Assembly (NCBI GenBank): GCA_045603485.1
Contig: JAZUMF010000117.1
Span: 24,575-88,574, forward strand
Direction of reading: 5' to 3'
From: Kiritimatiellia bacterium
Lineage (GTDB): Bacteria > Verrucomicrobiota > Kiritimatiellia > RFP12 > JAAYLN01
DNA: 64,000 nt
Part shown: positions 63,822-64,000 of the stretch, piece after piece
How the letters are laid out: the number at the start of each line of letters is the position of its first letter
Position numbering within the stretch: the first letter of the stretch is position 1
Notes under the pieces: generated by a model
Told to the model about the DNA's origin: nothing
Database searches by the model: none
What the model saw: only the letters and a program-made list of their open reading frames with translations
Position numbers and translations under genes: made by a program

Positions 63822-64000
63822 TAAAGGATTTCAGGCGTTGCACTTGGCGCATCTGTCATGCCTGCATTTTTCATTCGAAGCTCTTTCAAGTCCGCGCGAT
63901 TTTTGTCAATGCGATAAATACATGCACTAGTGGTTATGATTTTGCGCCAAAATATCCATGCAGAGAATGAACCGGAGCTTTTTGTCTCAGTCTTTAAGTC
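63821..64000 (-). CDS. 3' end of an unidentified CDS entering from the right edge
   Basis: Open frame DLKTETK...ATPEIL*; its TAA overlaps the next ATG (TAATG). Confidence 0.6.
   Translation of the reverse strand, partial: DLKTETKSSGSFSAWIFWRKIITTSACIYRIDKNRADLKELRMKNAGMTDAPSATPEIL

Overview
A 64-kb bacterial chromosomal segment, mostly housekeeping and carbohydrate genes. The gene content (DUF4838 proteins, BspA-type LRR proteins with a short C-terminal tail, an 'IRE-like' protein next to an ABC exporter) suggests a PVC-superphylum anaerobe, probably Kiritimatiellae or Lentisphaerae. That assignment is an inference, not a search result. Contents: six tRNAs (including a duplicated Arg-ACG/fMet pair); rhamnose, pectin and galactose catabolism (class II aldolase, rhaA, GH28, KDG-type kinase, galK, GH39-like); a glycosyltransferase locus; rarA, ruvA, scpAB, ktrAB, djlA, bamA, rlmB; an alpha-2-macroglobulin/pbpC pair; a TRAP transporter with a USP gene; and an ABC module. 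No CRISPR array, cas gene, integrase or reverse transcriptase was seen. Most notable: (1) an HUH/Y1 (RAYT-like) nuclease fused to a DprA/SLOG-like domain, with four 19-bp repeats just after its stop codon; (2) two separate DUF4838 + LRR modules, each DUF4838 gene preceded by a near-identical sigma54-type promoter; (3) an orphan gene bracketed by a 43-bp duplication of the pbpC 3' end; (4) initiator tRNAs with C33 and an A29-U41 pair; (5) several intergenic regions built from direct repeats enclosing 7-9-nt tandem repeats; (6) an ATP-grasp/HAD fusion. All product calls come from motif recognition by eye.
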